This document shows, in pieces, positions 19,492-30,059 of a stretch of 64,000 bases of DNA. Under the pieces are notes generated by a model that searched no databases, had not been told where the DNA came from, and saw only the letters and a list, made by a program, of their open reading frames with translations. This stretch comes from an uncultured Enterobacteriaceae bacterium. Its GTDB lineage: Bacteria > Pseudomonadota > Gammaproteobacteria > Burkholderiales > SG8-39. How positions within the stretch are numbered: position 1 is the stretch's first letter; each line of letters opens with the position of its first letter. Location: assembly GCA_964617355.1 (NCBI GenBank), contig CAZTXP010000146.1:6371-70370 (forward strand). The letters run 5' to 3'. The position numbers and the translations under genes were made by a program.

Positions 19492-19980
19492 TTGTCCGGT
19501 CGCGTGCACGGCTATGCTTCGCACCTCGTGACCCCGCACCTCGACGATCGACTCGCCGGCTACCTGCTCGTGGGCGCGCAGTTCGCGCTGCTCGCGTGGC
19601 TGGTGTGGCCGCTGACGCCGCAGGCGTGGTCGCCGCTCGCCCTTGCGTTCGCGGGCGGCGCGGTCGCGGTCGGCTTCTGGACCCTGGCCTGGAACCGCCC
19701 CGGCAACTTCAACATCCACCCGGAGCCGCGGGCGCGAGGGCGTCTGGTCACCGGCGGGCCGTACGCGCACATGCGCCACCCGATGTACACCGCGGTGCTG
19801 CTGTTCGCGATGGCCGAGGCGGTGGCCTACGTCGACGAATGGAAACTCCTCGCCACGGCGCTGCTCACGCTGGTGCTGCTCGGCAAGGCGAAGCTGGAGG
19901 AGAAGCACCTGCGCCGCCGCTACCCGGAGTACGCGGCCTACGCAGCGCGCGTGCGGCGCTTCATCCCGGGCGTGTTCTGA
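19492..19980 (+). CDS. Isoprenylcysteine carboxyl methyltransferase (ICMT)/phospholipid methyltransferase family membrane protein
   Basis: ..GPYAHMRHPMYTAVLL..EEKHL.. ICMT-type motif. Start uncertain (TTG 19492 or GTG 19504). Confidence 0.65.
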   Translation: MSGRVHGYASHLVTPHLDDRLAGYLLVGAQFALLAWLVWPLTPQAWSPLALAFAGGAVAVGFWTLAWNRPGNFNIHPEPRARGRLVTGGPYAHMRHPMYTAVLLFAMAEAVAYVDEWKLLATALLTLVLLGKAKLEEKHLRRRYPEYAAYAARVRRFIPGVF

Positions 19981-21190
19981 CCTGGCGGCGCTCGTACCAG
20001 CGCGCCATCACCTCGATCGCGATCCACGAGCCGAGCGCGCAGGCGAACAGCACCCAGTGCGCGGCGCGCCAGCCGCCGGCGTCGACCACCATCGCGAAGA
20101 GCATCGGCGCGGTGGCGTTCATCACGATCACCGGCGTGGCGAGGATGCCGAGCACGAGGCCGTAGCCTTCCTTGCCGAAGAGCGACAGCGGCACCGCGCC
20201 GCGCACGATGGTGATCACGCCCTGCGAGGCGCCCATGACCAGCGTGAAGGCGAGGATCGCGGCGAAGCTGCCGCCCGCCGACAGCAGCACCACGAACGAC
20301 AGCGGCAGCGCGCCGATCGCGATGCGCGCCACGGTCATCGCGTGCAGCCGCCGCCCGAACACGATCTCGACCACGCGGCCGCCGAACTGCGCGAAGCCCT
20401 TCATCGACGCGATCCACACCGCTGCCGCGGCGGCGATCCCGGCGGATTCGAGCAGCGGCACCAGCTGCACCGACACCACGCCGAACACGAAGCCGTTCAG
20501 CCCCATGACGAGGCCGAACAGCACCATCGCGATGGTGCGCGTGCGGCCGGCGAGCGGCGGCGCCTCGGGTGCAGCCGCGGCGGCGGCTTCGGCACGGTCC
20601 TGCATCGCGCGAGACTCCTTCCTCGCGAGGCCCAGCCAGTTGAGCGGCAGGCAGACCACGAGGTTGATCGCGGCGAAGGCCTGCAGCGTCGTGCGCCAGC
20701 CGTGCGCCTCGTTGAGGTAATGGCCGATGACCCAGAAGATCGTCGATGCGAAGGCGCCGAAGAGGGTCAGGTACGAGATCGCCTGCCGCCCGCGCGAGGG
20801 CAGCACCTGCACGAGGCCCGCGAACGACGCGTCGTAGAGGCAAAAGCGCATCGCCACGCCGAGGAACGCCCAGGCGATGAGGTACGTCGCCTCGCTCGAG
20901 GCGAGCGACACCAGCAGCATGGCGAGCGACAGCAGCACCGTGCCGGCGGACATCAGCCGCTGCGCGCCATGGCGGTCGATCGCCTTGCCGGCCCACGCCG
21001 ACACCGCACCCATCGCCAGCAGCGCGGCGGTGAAACCAGAGTAGACGAAGCCGCGGCTCCAGCCGGTCTCGGCGGCGATCGGCACCGCCAGCACGCCGAG
21101 GCAGTAGTACGCCGTGCCCCACGCGGTGATCTGCGTCAGGCCCAGCGCGCAGACGGCGAAGAGGAAGGGGTCGCGGTGTTGACGGGACAT
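19961..21190 (-). CDS. MFS transporter
   Basis: 12-TM pattern with paired MFS-like motifs. ATG at 21188..21190. Confidence 0.8.
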   Translation of the reverse strand: MSRQHRDPFLFAVCALGLTQITAWGTAYYCLGVLAVPIAAETGWSRGFVYSGFTAALLAMGAVSAWAGKAIDRHGAQRLMSAGTVLLSLAMLLVSLASSEATYLIAWAFLGVAMRFCLYDASFAGLVQVLPSRGRQAISYLTLFGAFASTIFWVIGHYLNEAHGWRTTLQAFAAINLVVCLPLNWLGLARKESRAMQDRAEAAAAAAPEAPPLAGRTRTIAMVLFGLVMGLNGFVFGVVSVQLVPLLESAGIAAAAAVWIASMKGFAQFGGRVVEIVFGRRLHAMTVARIAIGALPLSFVVLLSAGGSFAAILAFTLVMGASQGVITIVRGAVPLSLFGKEGYGLVLGILATPVIVMNATAPMLFAMVVDAGGWRAAHWVLFACALGSWIAIEVMARWYERRQVRTRPG

Positions 21191-21259
21191 CGTCGGCCGA
21201 TGGTAGCGTACGGGTCCGTCGCGCCGGCATACTGTTTCGGCGCATCTTCCCGTATCGCC

Positions 21260-22147
21260 ATGCACAAGTTCGTCCGCACTCCGCTCCTCGACATCGCCTA
21301 CCTGGAATCCGGCCGCGCCGACGGCGTGCCGGTGGTGCTGCTGCACGGCTGGCCCTCGGACGTGCACGACTGGGACGGTGTCGCGCCGCCGCTCGCCGCC
21401 GCGGGCTATCGCGTGCTCGTGCCGTGGCTGCGCGGCTTCGGGCCGACGCGCTTCCTCGACCCTTCGACGATGCGTTCGGGACAGCAGGCGGCGATCGGCG
21501 CGGACTTGCGCGATTTCCTCGACGCGCTCGGCATCGAGTCGGCGTTGCTCGCCGGCTACGACTGGGGCGGGCGCGCGGCGTGCGTCGTCGCGGCGCTGTG
21601 GCCCGGGCGCGTGCGCGGGCTGGTGACGATCAACGGCTACGCGATCCAGGACATCGCGCGCTCCACGAAGCCCGCCGATGTCGAGCAGGAGCAGCGCTAC
21701 TGGTACCAGTGGTATATGCAGACCGAGCGCGGCGCGAAGGGCGTGGAGGCCAACCGCGGCCCGTTCGCGAGGAAGCTATGGCGGATGTGGTCGCCGAACT
21801 GGGCCTTCGACGATGCCGAGTTCGCCGCGACCGCGTCGAGTTTCGACAACCCGGACTACGTCGCCGTGACGCTGCACTCGTACCGCCATCGCTACGGCAA
21901 CGTGCCCGGCGACCCGCGCTACGCCGACCTCGAGCGACAACTCGCCGCGCTGCCGAAGATCACGGTGCCGACGGTGGTGCTGCACGGCGAGGCCGACGAC
22001 GTCGGGCCGCCCGCGCAGTCGGCCAACGCAGCGCAGCGCTTCACGGACCTGCGTTATCGCAAGGTGGTGCCCGTCGCCGGGCATTTCCTGTCGCGCGAGA
22101 CGCCGGCCGAGGTGGTCGAGGCCGTGAAGGCGCTCGCGCGGGGCTAG
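21260..22147 (+). CDS. Alpha/beta hydrolase (epoxide-hydrolase/haloalkane-dehalogenase-like fold)
   Basis: HGWPSD oxyanion region and GYDWGG nucleophile elbow. ATG at 21260. Confidence 0.8.
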   Translation: MHKFVRTPLLDIAYLESGRADGVPVVLLHGWPSDVHDWDGVAPPLAAAGYRVLVPWLRGFGPTRFLDPSTMRSGQQAAIGADLRDFLDALGIESALLAGYDWGGRAACVVAALWPGRVRGLVTINGYAIQDIARSTKPADVEQEQRYWYQWYMQTERGAKGVEANRGPFARKLWRMWSPNWAFDDAEFAATASSFDNPDYVAVTLHSYRHRYGNVPGDPRYADLERQLAALPKITVPTVVLHGEADDVGPPAQSANAAQRFTDLRYRKVVPVAGHFLSRETPAEVVEAVKALARG

Positions 22148-22998
22148 CGCGGCGCCTTGAAGATCGCCTTGAAGTCCTTCGTCGGCATCACGTCGGTGTT
22201 CCACGCGAAGCTGCCGGTGCGAAGGTCCTGCGCGGCGCGGAACATCGCGCCGAGCGCGACGCGCGAGAACGCGCCGCCGATGCTGATGCGCCGCACGCCT
22301 AGGGTCTCGAGGTCTTGCGCGGTGGTCGAGGGCGGCAGCGAGCTCATCACCACGTTCACCGGCTTCGACACTGCCGCAACGACCGTCTTCACCTCGTCGA
22401 GCGTCTTCAAGCCGGGCGCGTAGAGCACGTCCGCGCCGGCCTTCTCGAAGGCCTGCAGGCGCTTCAGCGTGTCGTCCATGTCGCGGATGCCGTGCAGGAA
22501 GTTCTCGGCGCGCGCGGTGAGCATGAACGGGAAGGGCAGCGCGCGCGCCGCCTCGACCGCGGCCTGCACGCGCTCGACCGCGAGCGCGAAGTCGTAGATC
22601 GGCTTCGCGGCGTCGCCGGTCGAGTCCTCGATCGAGCCGCCGACGAGGCCGGCGTCGGCGCCGTCGGTGATCATGGTCGCCGCCTGCTTCGGGCTGTGCG
22701 CATAGCAGTTCTCGAGGTCCGCCGACACGGGGAGGCTCGTCGCGTCGCAGATCGCGCGGCAGTTCTCGAGCACGTCGTAGCGCGACACGAGGCCTTCGCC
22801 GTCGGAGACGCCGAGCATGTTGGCGAGGCCGAGGCTGGTGGTGGCGAGCGCGTCGAAGCCCAGCGACGCGAGCAGCTTCGCGCTGCCGGCGTCCCAGGGG
22901 TTGGGCATCACCAGCACGCGCGGGCCGGCGTGCAGGTCGCGGAAGCGCTCGGCGCGCTGGAGCTGGGCGGTGGGGTCCATGCGGCGAGCATAGCGCAT
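22144..22998 (-). CDS. Isocitrate lyase/PEP mutase superfamily protein (2-methylisocitrate lyase/carboxyPEP mutase-like)
   Basis: ..PNPWDAGSAKL.., ..GGSIEDS... Start ATG at 22998 (MRYARRMDP..); an alternative ATG lies at 22980. Confidence 0.75.
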   Translation of the reverse strand: MRYARRMDPTAQLQRAERFRDLHAGPRVLVMPNPWDAGSAKLLASLGFDALATTSLGLANMLGVSDGEGLVSRYDVLENCRAICDATSLPVSADLENCYAHSPKQAATMITDGADAGLVGGSIEDSTGDAAKPIYDFALAVERVQAAVEAARALPFPFMLTARAENFLHGIRDMDDTLKRLQAFEKAGADVLYAPGLKTLDEVKTVVAAVSKPVNVVMSSLPPSTTAQDLETLGVRRISIGGAFSRVALGAMFRAAQDLRTGSFAWNTDVMPTKDFKAIFKAPR

Positions 22999-23077
22999 GG
23001 GGCGCCCGCGCCTTGATTCCGCCTTCGCGGCGGCGCAGTATCGGGGCTTCCACCGTCGCGCGACCCAGGGAGGGCCC

Positions 23078-23914
23078 ATGCGATCGATCCTCTGGCTGCT
23101 GCTGTGCCTGCCGCTCCTCGCCGGGGCGCAATCCTCGTCCTCGGGGCAGGACGAGCTGAAGAAGCTCGCCTGGCAGGTCGGGCCGGTCGACGCCCGCATC
23201 GCCGACAAGGCGACGATCAAGGTGCCCGAGGGCCACGTGTTCCTCGACGCACCGAACACCAAGCGCTTCCTGCAGCTCGCCGGTAACCCGCCGCGCGACG
23301 GGCACTACCTGTTCGCGCCGCGCAACCTGTCGTGGTTCGCGGTGTTCTCGTTCGACCCTGTGGGCTACATCAAGGACGACGAGAAGATCGACCCGGACGA
23401 CCTGCTGAAGAAGCTGAAGTCCTCTGACGAGCCGGCGAACGAGGAGAGGAAGCGCCTCGGCATGCGTGCGCTCTACACCGACGGCTGGCAGGTGCCGCCG
23501 CACTACGACCCGCAGACCAAGCGCCTCGAGTGGGGCATGCGCCTGCGTAACGAAGCCGGCCAGTACACGATCAACTACACCAGCCGGCTCCTCGGTCGCT
23601 CGGGCGTGATGAGCGCGGTGCTGGTGGCCGACGTCGAGACGCTCGCCAAGGACACCGCGCAGTTCAAGGCCGGGCTCGCGGGCTTCGACTACGTCGCGGG
23701 CGAGAAGTACGCCGAGTTCAAGTCCGGCGACAAGGTCGCGGAGTACGGCCTCGCGGCGCTGGTGCTCGGAGGCGCGGCCGCGGCGGCGGCGAAGACGGGA
23801 CTCTTGAAGACCTTCGGCAAGTTCATCTGGATCGCGCTGCTCGCGGTGTTCGGCTTCATCCCGGCGCTGTGGCGCAAGATCACCGGCCGCGGCAAGGACG
23901 AGGCGCCGAAGTAG
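23078..23914 (+). CDS. Membrane-anchored protein of unknown function (DUF2167-like)
   Basis: ATG at 23078 after GGGAGGG. Signal peptide, then a C-terminal TM helix pair. Confidence 0.6.
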   Translation: MRSILWLLLCLPLLAGAQSSSSGQDELKKLAWQVGPVDARIADKATIKVPEGHVFLDAPNTKRFLQLAGNPPRDGHYLFAPRNLSWFAVFSFDPVGYIKDDEKIDPDDLLKKLKSSDEPANEERKRLGMRALYTDGWQVPPHYDPQTKRLEWGMRLRNEAGQYTINYTSRLLGRSGVMSAVLVADVETLAKDTAQFKAGLAGFDYVAGEKYAEFKSGDKVAEYGLAALVLGGAAAAAAKTGLLKTFGKFIWIALLAVFGFIPALWRKITGRGKDEAPK

Positions 23915-23923
23915 CGCCGCCGA

Positions 23924-24655
23924 TTGGTTCCATCCGCCGAATGGGCGGCCGTGCTCGTCGTCGCCGGCCTCTACCTCTCCGACTGCGTGCTCACGCTCCA
24001 TCGCGGGCAGGGCGTGCTGCGCTTCGCGGGCGGGCGCTGGTCGCTCGCCTTCGGGTCGCTGTCGTACACGATCCGCGACAAGGCGGTGCTGCTGCTCGCG
24101 CCCTTGCTGCCCTGGCAGGGCACGGTCATGACGCAGCGGCTCTTCGAGGCGAAACCGGCGATCGGGTTGCGTCCTTCGGTTGCGCTCCGCGCGCTCGCGC
24201 CGCTGCGCTGGGCCGTGGTGCTGCAGTCCGTGCTGGTGCTGGTCGTGCTGCCGTGGGCGCTGTTCCGCAACGCGGCGCTGCCGCTGCTCGCGGTGCTCGT
24301 CGTGGCGTACGCGAACGCGATCGTGATGCTCGTGCTCGTCGCGCGCGCGTATCGCCGGCTCGGCGTGCCGAGGAAGCCGCTGTGGAGCATCGCGGGCGGC
24401 GCGCTCCTCTGTCTGCCGCTCAGCGTGAACGTCATGCGGCACGCGCTGCTGCGGCTGCCGGTCTCCGGCGACGCGGCAAGGCTCGCCAGGCTCGCGCCTG
24501 CGTCGCGCCGACGCGAGGCGCGCGAGGCGCTGCGCGCGCAGGTGCACGACGCGCTGCAGCTGGTCGCGCCGGAGGACGAGGTGCATGCCTCGCTCACCGG
24601 CTTGCGCGACCGGCTCGACCGGATCCTCGGCGCGGAACCGGAGGCTCGCCCATGA
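23924..24655 (+). CDS. Hypothetical polytopic membrane protein
   Basis: TTG or GTG start. Several hydrophobic helices. Stop overlaps the next ATG (ATGA). Confidence 0.5.
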   Translation: MVPSAEWAAVLVVAGLYLSDCVLTLHRGQGVLRFAGGRWSLAFGSLSYTIRDKAVLLLAPLLPWQGTVMTQRLFEAKPAIGLRPSVALRALAPLRWAVVLQSVLVLVVLPWALFRNAALPLLAVLVVAYANAIVMLVLVARAYRRLGVPRKPLWSIAGGALLCLPLSVNVMRHALLRLPVSGDAARLARLAPASRRREAREALRAQVHDALQLVAPEDEVHASLTGLRDRLDRILGAEPEARP

Positions 24656-24987
24656 ATGGCATGGACCTGCTGGTGGTGGTCGTCTTCTTCATCATCGGCT
24701 ACCTCGTCTTCAGCGTCGCCTGGGACAAGTTCAAGGGCGCGAAGCCCGACGCGGCGCCGGCCGCGCCCGCCGCCGCGCCGACGGGAGACGCGCCGTGGCA
24801 CGAGGTGCTGAAGCTCGATCCCGGCGCGGGCGCCGCGGAGATCGACGCCGCCTACCTCGCGCTGCGCAAGCAGTACGAGGCTGACCGCCGCACCGACCTC
24901 GGCGAGGAGTTCCGCGCGCTCACCGAGCAGCGCTTCGCGGCGCTGGAGCGTGCGTACCGCGAAGCGCTCGCCACGCGGCGATCCTGA
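24652..24987 (+). CDS. Small membrane protein with J-domain-like C-terminal segment
   Basis: One TM helix (LLVVVVFFIIGYLVF), then HEVLKLDPGAGAAEIDAAYLALRKQYEAD, which resembles the DnaJ helix II-III core. Confidence 0.5.
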   Translation: MNGMDLLVVVVFFIIGYLVFSVAWDKFKGAKPDAAPAAPAAAPTGDAPWHEVLKLDPGAGAAEIDAAYLALRKQYEADRRTDLGEEFRALTEQRFAALERAYREALATRRS

Positions 24988-24994
24988 GGCACCG

Positions 24995-25735
24995 ATGTTC
25001 CTGCATCGCCTCGTGCGCTTGTGGATGATCGGCAGCCTCGGGCTGGCGATCGCGGGCTGGTGGATGAAGGACGTGCTGCCCGCACCCGAGCGCCTCGTGC
25101 CCGAGATCGCCAACGAGCCGGTGCAGAAGCGCACGCGCGAGAAGCCCTTCGACATCACGGTCGAGGGCGTGTCGTACCGCGTGCAGCCGCGCTACTCCTA
25201 CGACCTCAGCGCGCTGGTGGTGAGCCTGCACCACTCGGACTCGTGGTGGGACACCGCGCACAAGGAATGGGGCGACCACGTCAACGTGATGGACCTCTGC
25301 GTCGTCTGGGGCTCGAGCGCGACCAGCGGCGCGTATCGCTCGGTGAGCTTCAGCAACACGCAATGGGAGTGCCACTGGCAGTGGTTCGGCGAGGTGGCGT
25401 TCCGCAATGACGAGGCCTCGAACAACCACGTGGTGACCGAGAAGCCCGAGGTCGCGAAGGCGCTGAAGTCGATCCGCGTCGGCGACCAGGTGCGCATCCG
25501 CGGCTGGCTGGTCGACTACACGACCATGAAGGACGGCCGGCCGCAGGGCACGCGCGTCTCCAGCGACCGTCGTACCGACGACGGCCCCGGCGCCTGCGAG
25601 GTGATCTACGTCGACGAGGTCGAGGTGCTCGGCCGCGGCGGGCACCGCTGGCTGCTGGCGATGAAGATCGCGCTCGGCTCCCTGCTGGCGAGCCTGCTGG
25701 CGTGGCTGATGCTGCCGGCGCGCTTCGACGACTAG
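24995..25735 (+). CDS. Hypothetical protein (N-terminal TM, Trp/His-rich domain, C-terminal TM)
   Basis: ORF with hydrophobic ends. No recognised motif. Confidence 0.5.
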   Translation: MFLHRLVRLWMIGSLGLAIAGWWMKDVLPAPERLVPEIANEPVQKRTREKPFDITVEGVSYRVQPRYSYDLSALVVSLHHSDSWWDTAHKEWGDHVNVMDLCVVWGSSATSGAYRSVSFSNTQWECHWQWFGEVAFRNDEASNNHVVTEKPEVAKALKSIRVGDQVRIRGWLVDYTTMKDGRPQGTRVSSDRRTDDGPGACEVIYVDEVEVLGRGGHRWLLAMKIALGSLLASLLAWLMLPARFDD

Positions 25736-25743
25736 CCGCGCGC

Positions 25744-26739
25744 CTAGCAGATCCTCGGCAACTGCTCCCCCGCGAGCCAGTCGACGATGCGACGGCCGCC
25801 GAGCCGGGTCTCCATCTGCACGAAGCGGTGGTCGTCGGCGATCACCGTGCCGATGAGCGCGGCGTCCCGTCCCAGCGGGTGCGCGCGCATCGCGGCCAGC
25901 AGCCGTTCGGCGTCCGCCGGGTCGCAGATCGCCACCAGCTTGCCTTCGTTGGCCACGTTCAGCGGCTCGAGGCCGAGGAACTCGCAGGCGGCGTGCACCG
26001 CGGGGTGGACGGGGAGGTCGGCTTCGCGGATGTGGAAGCCGACGCCCGAGCTTTGCGCGAATTCGTTCAGCGTCGCCGCGAGGCCGCCGCGCGTCGGATC
26101 GCGCAGGCAGCGAATACCGGGAACGGATTCGACCATCGCCGCCACAAGCCCGTGCAATGCGGCAGAGTCGGAGCGCACCTCGGTCTCGAAGTCGAGCCCG
26201 GCGCGCGAGGACATCACCGCCACGCCGTGGTCGCCGAGCGTGCCCGAGACCAGCACCGCGTCGCCAGGCCGCGCGCGGTTCGCCGAGATCTCGATGCCTT
26301 CGGGCACCACGCCGATGCCGGTCGTGGTGATGAACACGCCGTCGGCATTGCCGCGCTCGACCACCTTGGTGTCGCCGGTGACCACCGGCACGCCGGCCGC
26401 ACGCGAGGCCGTGGCCATGGATTCGACGATGCGCTTGAGGTCCGCGAGCGGGAAGCCTTCCTCGAGGATGAAGCCCGCCGAGAGGTTGATCGGCCGCGCG
26501 CCGGCCATCGCCACGTCGTTGATCGTGCCGTGCACCGCGAGGCTGCCGATGTCGCCACCCGGGAAGAAGAGCGGCGTCACGACGTGGCAGTCCGTCGTGA
26601 CGACGAGGCGCCCGGGCGGCGCCGTGAACGTCGCCTGGTCGTTCTGCGCACGCAGCCAGTCGTTGTCGAACGCGGCGACGAAGAGCTCGTCGATCAGTTG
26701 CGCCATCGCGCGGCCGCCGGCGCCGTGGCCCATGTCCAC
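25744..26739 (-). CDS. hypE: Hydrogenase maturation factor HypE
   Basis: ..HGAGGRAMAQLIDELF.. and C-terminal ..PRIC typical of HypE. Start uncertain: GTG 26739, ATG 26733, or GTG 26778 (which overlaps the hypD stop). Confidence 0.85.
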   Translation of the reverse strand: MDMGHGAGGRAMAQLIDELFVAAFDNDWLRAQNDQATFTAPPGRLVVTTDCHVVTPLFFPGGDIGSLAVHGTINDVAMAGARPINLSAGFILEEGFPLADLKRIVESMATASRAAGVPVVTGDTKVVERGNADGVFITTTGIGVVPEGIEISANRARPGDAVLVSGTLGDHGVAVMSSRAGLDFETEVRSDSAALHGLVAAMVESVPGIRCLRDPTRGGLAATLNEFAQSSGVGFHIREADLPVHPAVHAACEFLGLEPLNVANEGKLVAICDPADAERLLAAMRAHPLGRDAALIGTVIADDHRFVQMETRLGGRRIVDWLAGEQLPRIC

Positions 26740-26774
26740 GCGCCCCTTCCAGTCGATCGGGCGGCCCCAGCGCG

Positions 26775-27899
26775 TCACGAGGCCACCGCCGCTTCCCGCC
26801 AGCGCCCGTAGGCGTGCCACGCCGCGCAGGCGCCTTCGCTCGACACCATGCACGATCCGACCGGATGGTCCGGCGTGCACGCGGTGCCGAAGAGGTGGCA
26901 GTCGCGCGGTTCCTTCGCGCCGCGCAGGATCGCCGCGCATTCGCAGGATTTCGGGTCCGGCACCGGGCGATAGACCAGCCCGTGGCGCGCCTCGGCATCG
27001 AAGCCGCGGAAGCGTTCGCGCAGCCGCAGGCCGCTCGACGGCAACTCGCCGAGGCCGCGCCACTCGAAGCTGTCGCGCGTCTCGAACACCTCGGCCATGG
27101 CCGCGATCGCGCGCGCGTTGCCGTCGCGATTCACCGCGCGCGTGTACTCGTTCTCGACCTCGTGGCGCCCCTCGTTCACCTGCCGCACCAGCATGCGCAC
27201 GGCCTGCATCACGTCCAGCGGCTCGAAGCCGGCGATCACGACGGGCTTGCCGTGCTCGCGCGCGAAGGGTTCGTAGGGCGCCGAGCCGATCACGCACGAC
27301 ACGTGCGCGGGGCCGACGAAGCCATCGATCGGCACGGGGTCGGCGCCGGGCGCGAGGATCGCCGCCATGGCCGCAGGCGTGAGCACGTGGTTGCAGAAGA
27401 CCGAGAAGTTCGCGATCCCGCTGCGTTCCGCTTCCAGCACCACTAGCGCGGTCGCCGGCGCAGTGGTCTCGAAGCCGATGGCCAGGAACACGACCTCCTT
27501 TGACGGATTCTCGCGCGCGATGCGCAGCGCGTCCGCCGCCGAGTAGACCATGCGCACGTCGGCGCCCTCGGCGCGCGCCTTCATCAGGCTCGACTGCCCC
27601 GAAGCCGGCACGCGCAGCGTGTCCGCGTACGTGCACAGCACGACGCGCTTCTTAAGCGCGAGCGCGATCGCGTTGTCGATGCGCCCCACCGGCAGCACGC
27701 AGACCGGGCAGCCCGGGCCATGGATCATCCTGACCGAGGGCGGCAGCAGGTCGGCGACGCCGTAGCGCGAGATGGCGTGCGTATGCCCGCCGCAGAACTC
27801 CATGAAGCGATAGCTTCGACCCGGCTGCACTTCGTGCGCGATTTGCGCAGCAATGCGCCGGGCGAGGTCGCCGTCGCGGAACTCGTCGACGTACTTCAC
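26775..27899 (-). CDS. hypD: Hydrogenase maturation factor HypD
   Basis: CGGHTH, GPGCPVC and FETTAP motifs. GTG start at 27897..27899 overlaps the hypC stop (GTGA). Confidence 0.85.
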   Translation of the reverse strand: MKYVDEFRDGDLARRIAAQIAHEVQPGRSYRFMEFCGGHTHAISRYGVADLLPPSVRMIHGPGCPVCVLPVGRIDNAIALALKKRVVLCTYADTLRVPASGQSSLMKARAEGADVRMVYSAADALRIARENPSKEVVFLAIGFETTAPATALVVLEAERSGIANFSVFCNHVLTPAAMAAILAPGADPVPIDGFVGPAHVSCVIGSAPYEPFAREHGKPVVIAGFEPLDVMQAVRMLVRQVNEGRHEVENEYTRAVNRDGNARAIAAMAEVFETRDSFEWRGLGELPSSGLRLRERFRGFDAEARHGLVYRPVPDPKSCECAAILRGAKEPRDCHLFGTACTPDHPVGSCMVSSEGACAAWHAYGRWREAAVAS

Positions 27900-28120
27900 G
27901 GCGCGGCGCCCTCCATGGCGTCGAACAGGGCCAGCGTCCTTGCGGCTTCGTCGGCATCCAGCACGCTGAGCGCGAAGCCGGCGTGCACGATCACGTAGTC
28001 GCCGACCCTGGCTTCGGGGACCAGCGCGAGCGAGATGCGCTTCCTCGCGCCGCCGAGGTCCACGGTGGCCTCGTCGCCGTCGTGGCGTTCGGAGACGAGC
28101 GCGGGAATCGCGAGGCACAT
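27896..28120 (-). CDS. hypC: Hydrogenase maturation factor HypC
   Basis: 74 aa starting MCLAIP (essential Cys2). Confidence 0.85.
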   Translation of the reverse strand: MCLAIPALVSERHDGDEATVDLGGARKRISLALVPEARVGDYVIVHAGFALSVLDADEAARTLALFDAMEGAAP

Positions 28121-28123
28121 GGC

Positions 28124-29230
28124 TCAGCCCTCCAGCCGCGCGATCGCGACCGCGGCCTGCCCGAGCGCGAGGCCCGCGTCGCCCGCGGAGACGAGGCGCG
28201 CCTCGAGCACCTGGAGGCCTTCGCGCGCCAGTTGCCGCCGGAGCTGCATGGACAGCACGCGATTGGCGAAGCAGCCGCCGCCGAGCGCGACGCAGGCGAG
28301 GTCGGTCTCGCTCGCTGCGCGCAGGGCCCATTCGGCGAGCGCGGCGGCGAGCGTGGCGTGGAACACCGCGGCACCCTTCGCGGGGTCGACGCAGTCCGCC
28401 AGCCAGTCGAGCAGCGGCAGGAGGTCCAGCGTGCCGCCGGCGTGCAGGGCCCAGCCGCCGTCGAGCGGGGCCGCAAGGCCGTGCTGGCTGGCGAGCGCCT
28501 CGAGGCGCATCGGCGCCTCGCCTTCGCGTTCGTTGGTCTCGCAGGCGCCGAGCAGCGCCGCCGCGGCATCGAACCAGCGGCCGGCGCTCGAGGTGGGCGG
28601 GCAGCGCAGGCGGCTCGCGAGCATTTGCACCACCGGCTTCGCGGCGCGGCGCGGGAAGCGGCGCCGTACTTCGTCGGCACGGCCGAGTTCGTGCAGCGCC
28701 GCCGCAGCCATGCGCCAGGGCTCGCGCGCGGCGCGGTCGCCGCCGGGCATCGGCAGCGTTCGAATGTGACCGAGGCGAACGAAGTCGCCCCGCTCGACGC
28801 GCAGCAGTTCGCCACCCCAGGCGCCGCCATCGGTGCCGAGGCCGACGCCGTCCAGCGCGAGGCCGAGCACGGGTTCGTCGAGGCCGTGTTCCGCGACTAC
28901 CGAGGCGATGTGCGCGTGATGGTGTTGCACGCCGATCGCCGGCACGCCGAATTCCGCGGCGAGCTGCTGCGCGAAGCGAGTGCTCTGGAAATCCGGATGC
29001 AGGTCGTGGGCCACCACCGCCGGCTCGATGCCGAGCGTGCCGAGCAGTTGCCGCGCGGTTTCCTCCAGCGCCAGCACGGCGGAGGGCTCGCCGAGGTCGC
29101 CGACCGAAGCCGAGAGATAGGCTTCGTCGCTGCGCGTCGCGCAGACGGCGGCCTTCAGCCACGCGCCCAGCGCGAGCACGGGCGGGCCGGGCTTCGCGAG
29201 CTGGATCGACGCGGGCGAGCGTGCGTTCAT
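28124..29230 (-). CDS. hypF: Short-form carbamoyltransferase HypF (HypF1-like: Kae1/YgjD-like C-terminal domain only)
   Basis: 368 aa. Matches only the C-terminal carbamoyltransferase domain of HypF. No acylphosphatase, Zn-finger or YrdC domains. ATG overlaps the hypB stop (ATGA). Confidence 0.75.
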   Translation of the reverse strand: MNARSPASIQLAKPGPPVLALGAWLKAAVCATRSDEAYLSASVGDLGEPSAVLALEETARQLLGTLGIEPAVVAHDLHPDFQSTRFAQQLAAEFGVPAIGVQHHHAHIASVVAEHGLDEPVLGLALDGVGLGTDGGAWGGELLRVERGDFVRLGHIRTLPMPGGDRAAREPWRMAAAALHELGRADEVRRRFPRRAAKPVVQMLASRLRCPPTSSAGRWFDAAAALLGACETNEREGEAPMRLEALASQHGLAAPLDGGWALHAGGTLDLLPLLDWLADCVDPAKGAAVFHATLAAALAEWALRAASETDLACVALGGGCFANRVLSMQLRRQLAREGLQVLEARLVSAGDAGLALGQAAVAIARLEG

Positions 29231-30048
29231 GTGGCACTCGCAAGCGAGTGCGCAGCGCTCGCGAGGGAGCGGGCGGGCAGGCGCTCGGCGATCCAGCCGA
29301 GCCACGCGTCCATGCCTTGCCCGGTCTTCGCGGAGACCTCGAGCGCGCGGATCGCCGGGTTCGCGAGCCGGGCATGGCCCAGCGCGCGCGCGACGTCGAA
29401 GTCCACGTAGGGCAGCAGGTCGCATTTGTTGAAGAGGACCAGCGACGAGCCGCGGAAGATGTCCGGGTACTTGAGCGGCTTGTCGTCGCCCTCGGTGACC
29501 GACAGCACCACCACGCGCTCCGCTTCGCCGAGGTCGAAGGCCGCGGGGCAGACGAGGTTGCCGACGTTCTCGATCATCAGCACGCCGCCTTCGGGGGCCG
29601 GCACTTGATGGAATGCGCGGTCGATCATCGAGGCGTCGAGGTGGCAACCCTTGCCGGTGTTCACCTGCACCGCGGGTGCGCCGGTGGCACGGATGCGATC
29701 GGCGTCCAGGCTCGTCTGCTGGTCGCCCTCGATCACCGCCACCGGGCAGCGGCCGCGCAGCGCCTCGATGGTCTTGACGAGCAGGGTGGTCTTGCCGGAG
29801 CCGGGGCTGGAGACCAGGTTCACCGCAAGTACGCGATGCGCGGCGAAGTGGCGGCGGTTGGCGATGGCGATCGCGTCGTTCTTCGCCAGCAGGTCTTCCT
29901 CGACGGCGACGCGGCGCAGGTCGGCCGCAGCGTGCCCATGATCGTGCGAGTGTTCGTGCGAATGTTCGTGAGAGTGTCCGTGCGCATGCTCGTGGGGATG
30001 CCCGTAGACATGCGCTTCTTCGTGTCCGCAGCCGCAAGTGGTGCACAT
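29227..30048 (-). CDS. hypB: Hydrogenase nickel incorporation GTPase HypB with His-rich N-terminus
   Basis: MCTTCGCG, a His-rich stretch ([21 protein letters not shown]), and a G-domain with GSGKTT. RBS GGAG. Confidence 0.85.
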   Translation of the reverse strand: MCTTCGCGHEEAHVYGHPHEHAHGHSHEHSHEHSHDHGHAAADLRRVAVEEDLLAKNDAIAIANRRHFAAHRVLAVNLVSSPGSGKTTLLVKTIEALRGRCPVAVIEGDQQTSLDADRIRATGAPAVQVNTGKGCHLDASMIDRAFHQVPAPEGGVLMIENVGNLVCPAAFDLGEAERVVVLSVTEGDDKPLKYPDIFRGSSLVLFNKCDLLPYVDFDVARALGHARLANPAIRALEVSAKTGQGMDAWLGWIAERLPARSLASAAHSLASAT

Positions 30049-30059
30049 GGCGGGTCTCC

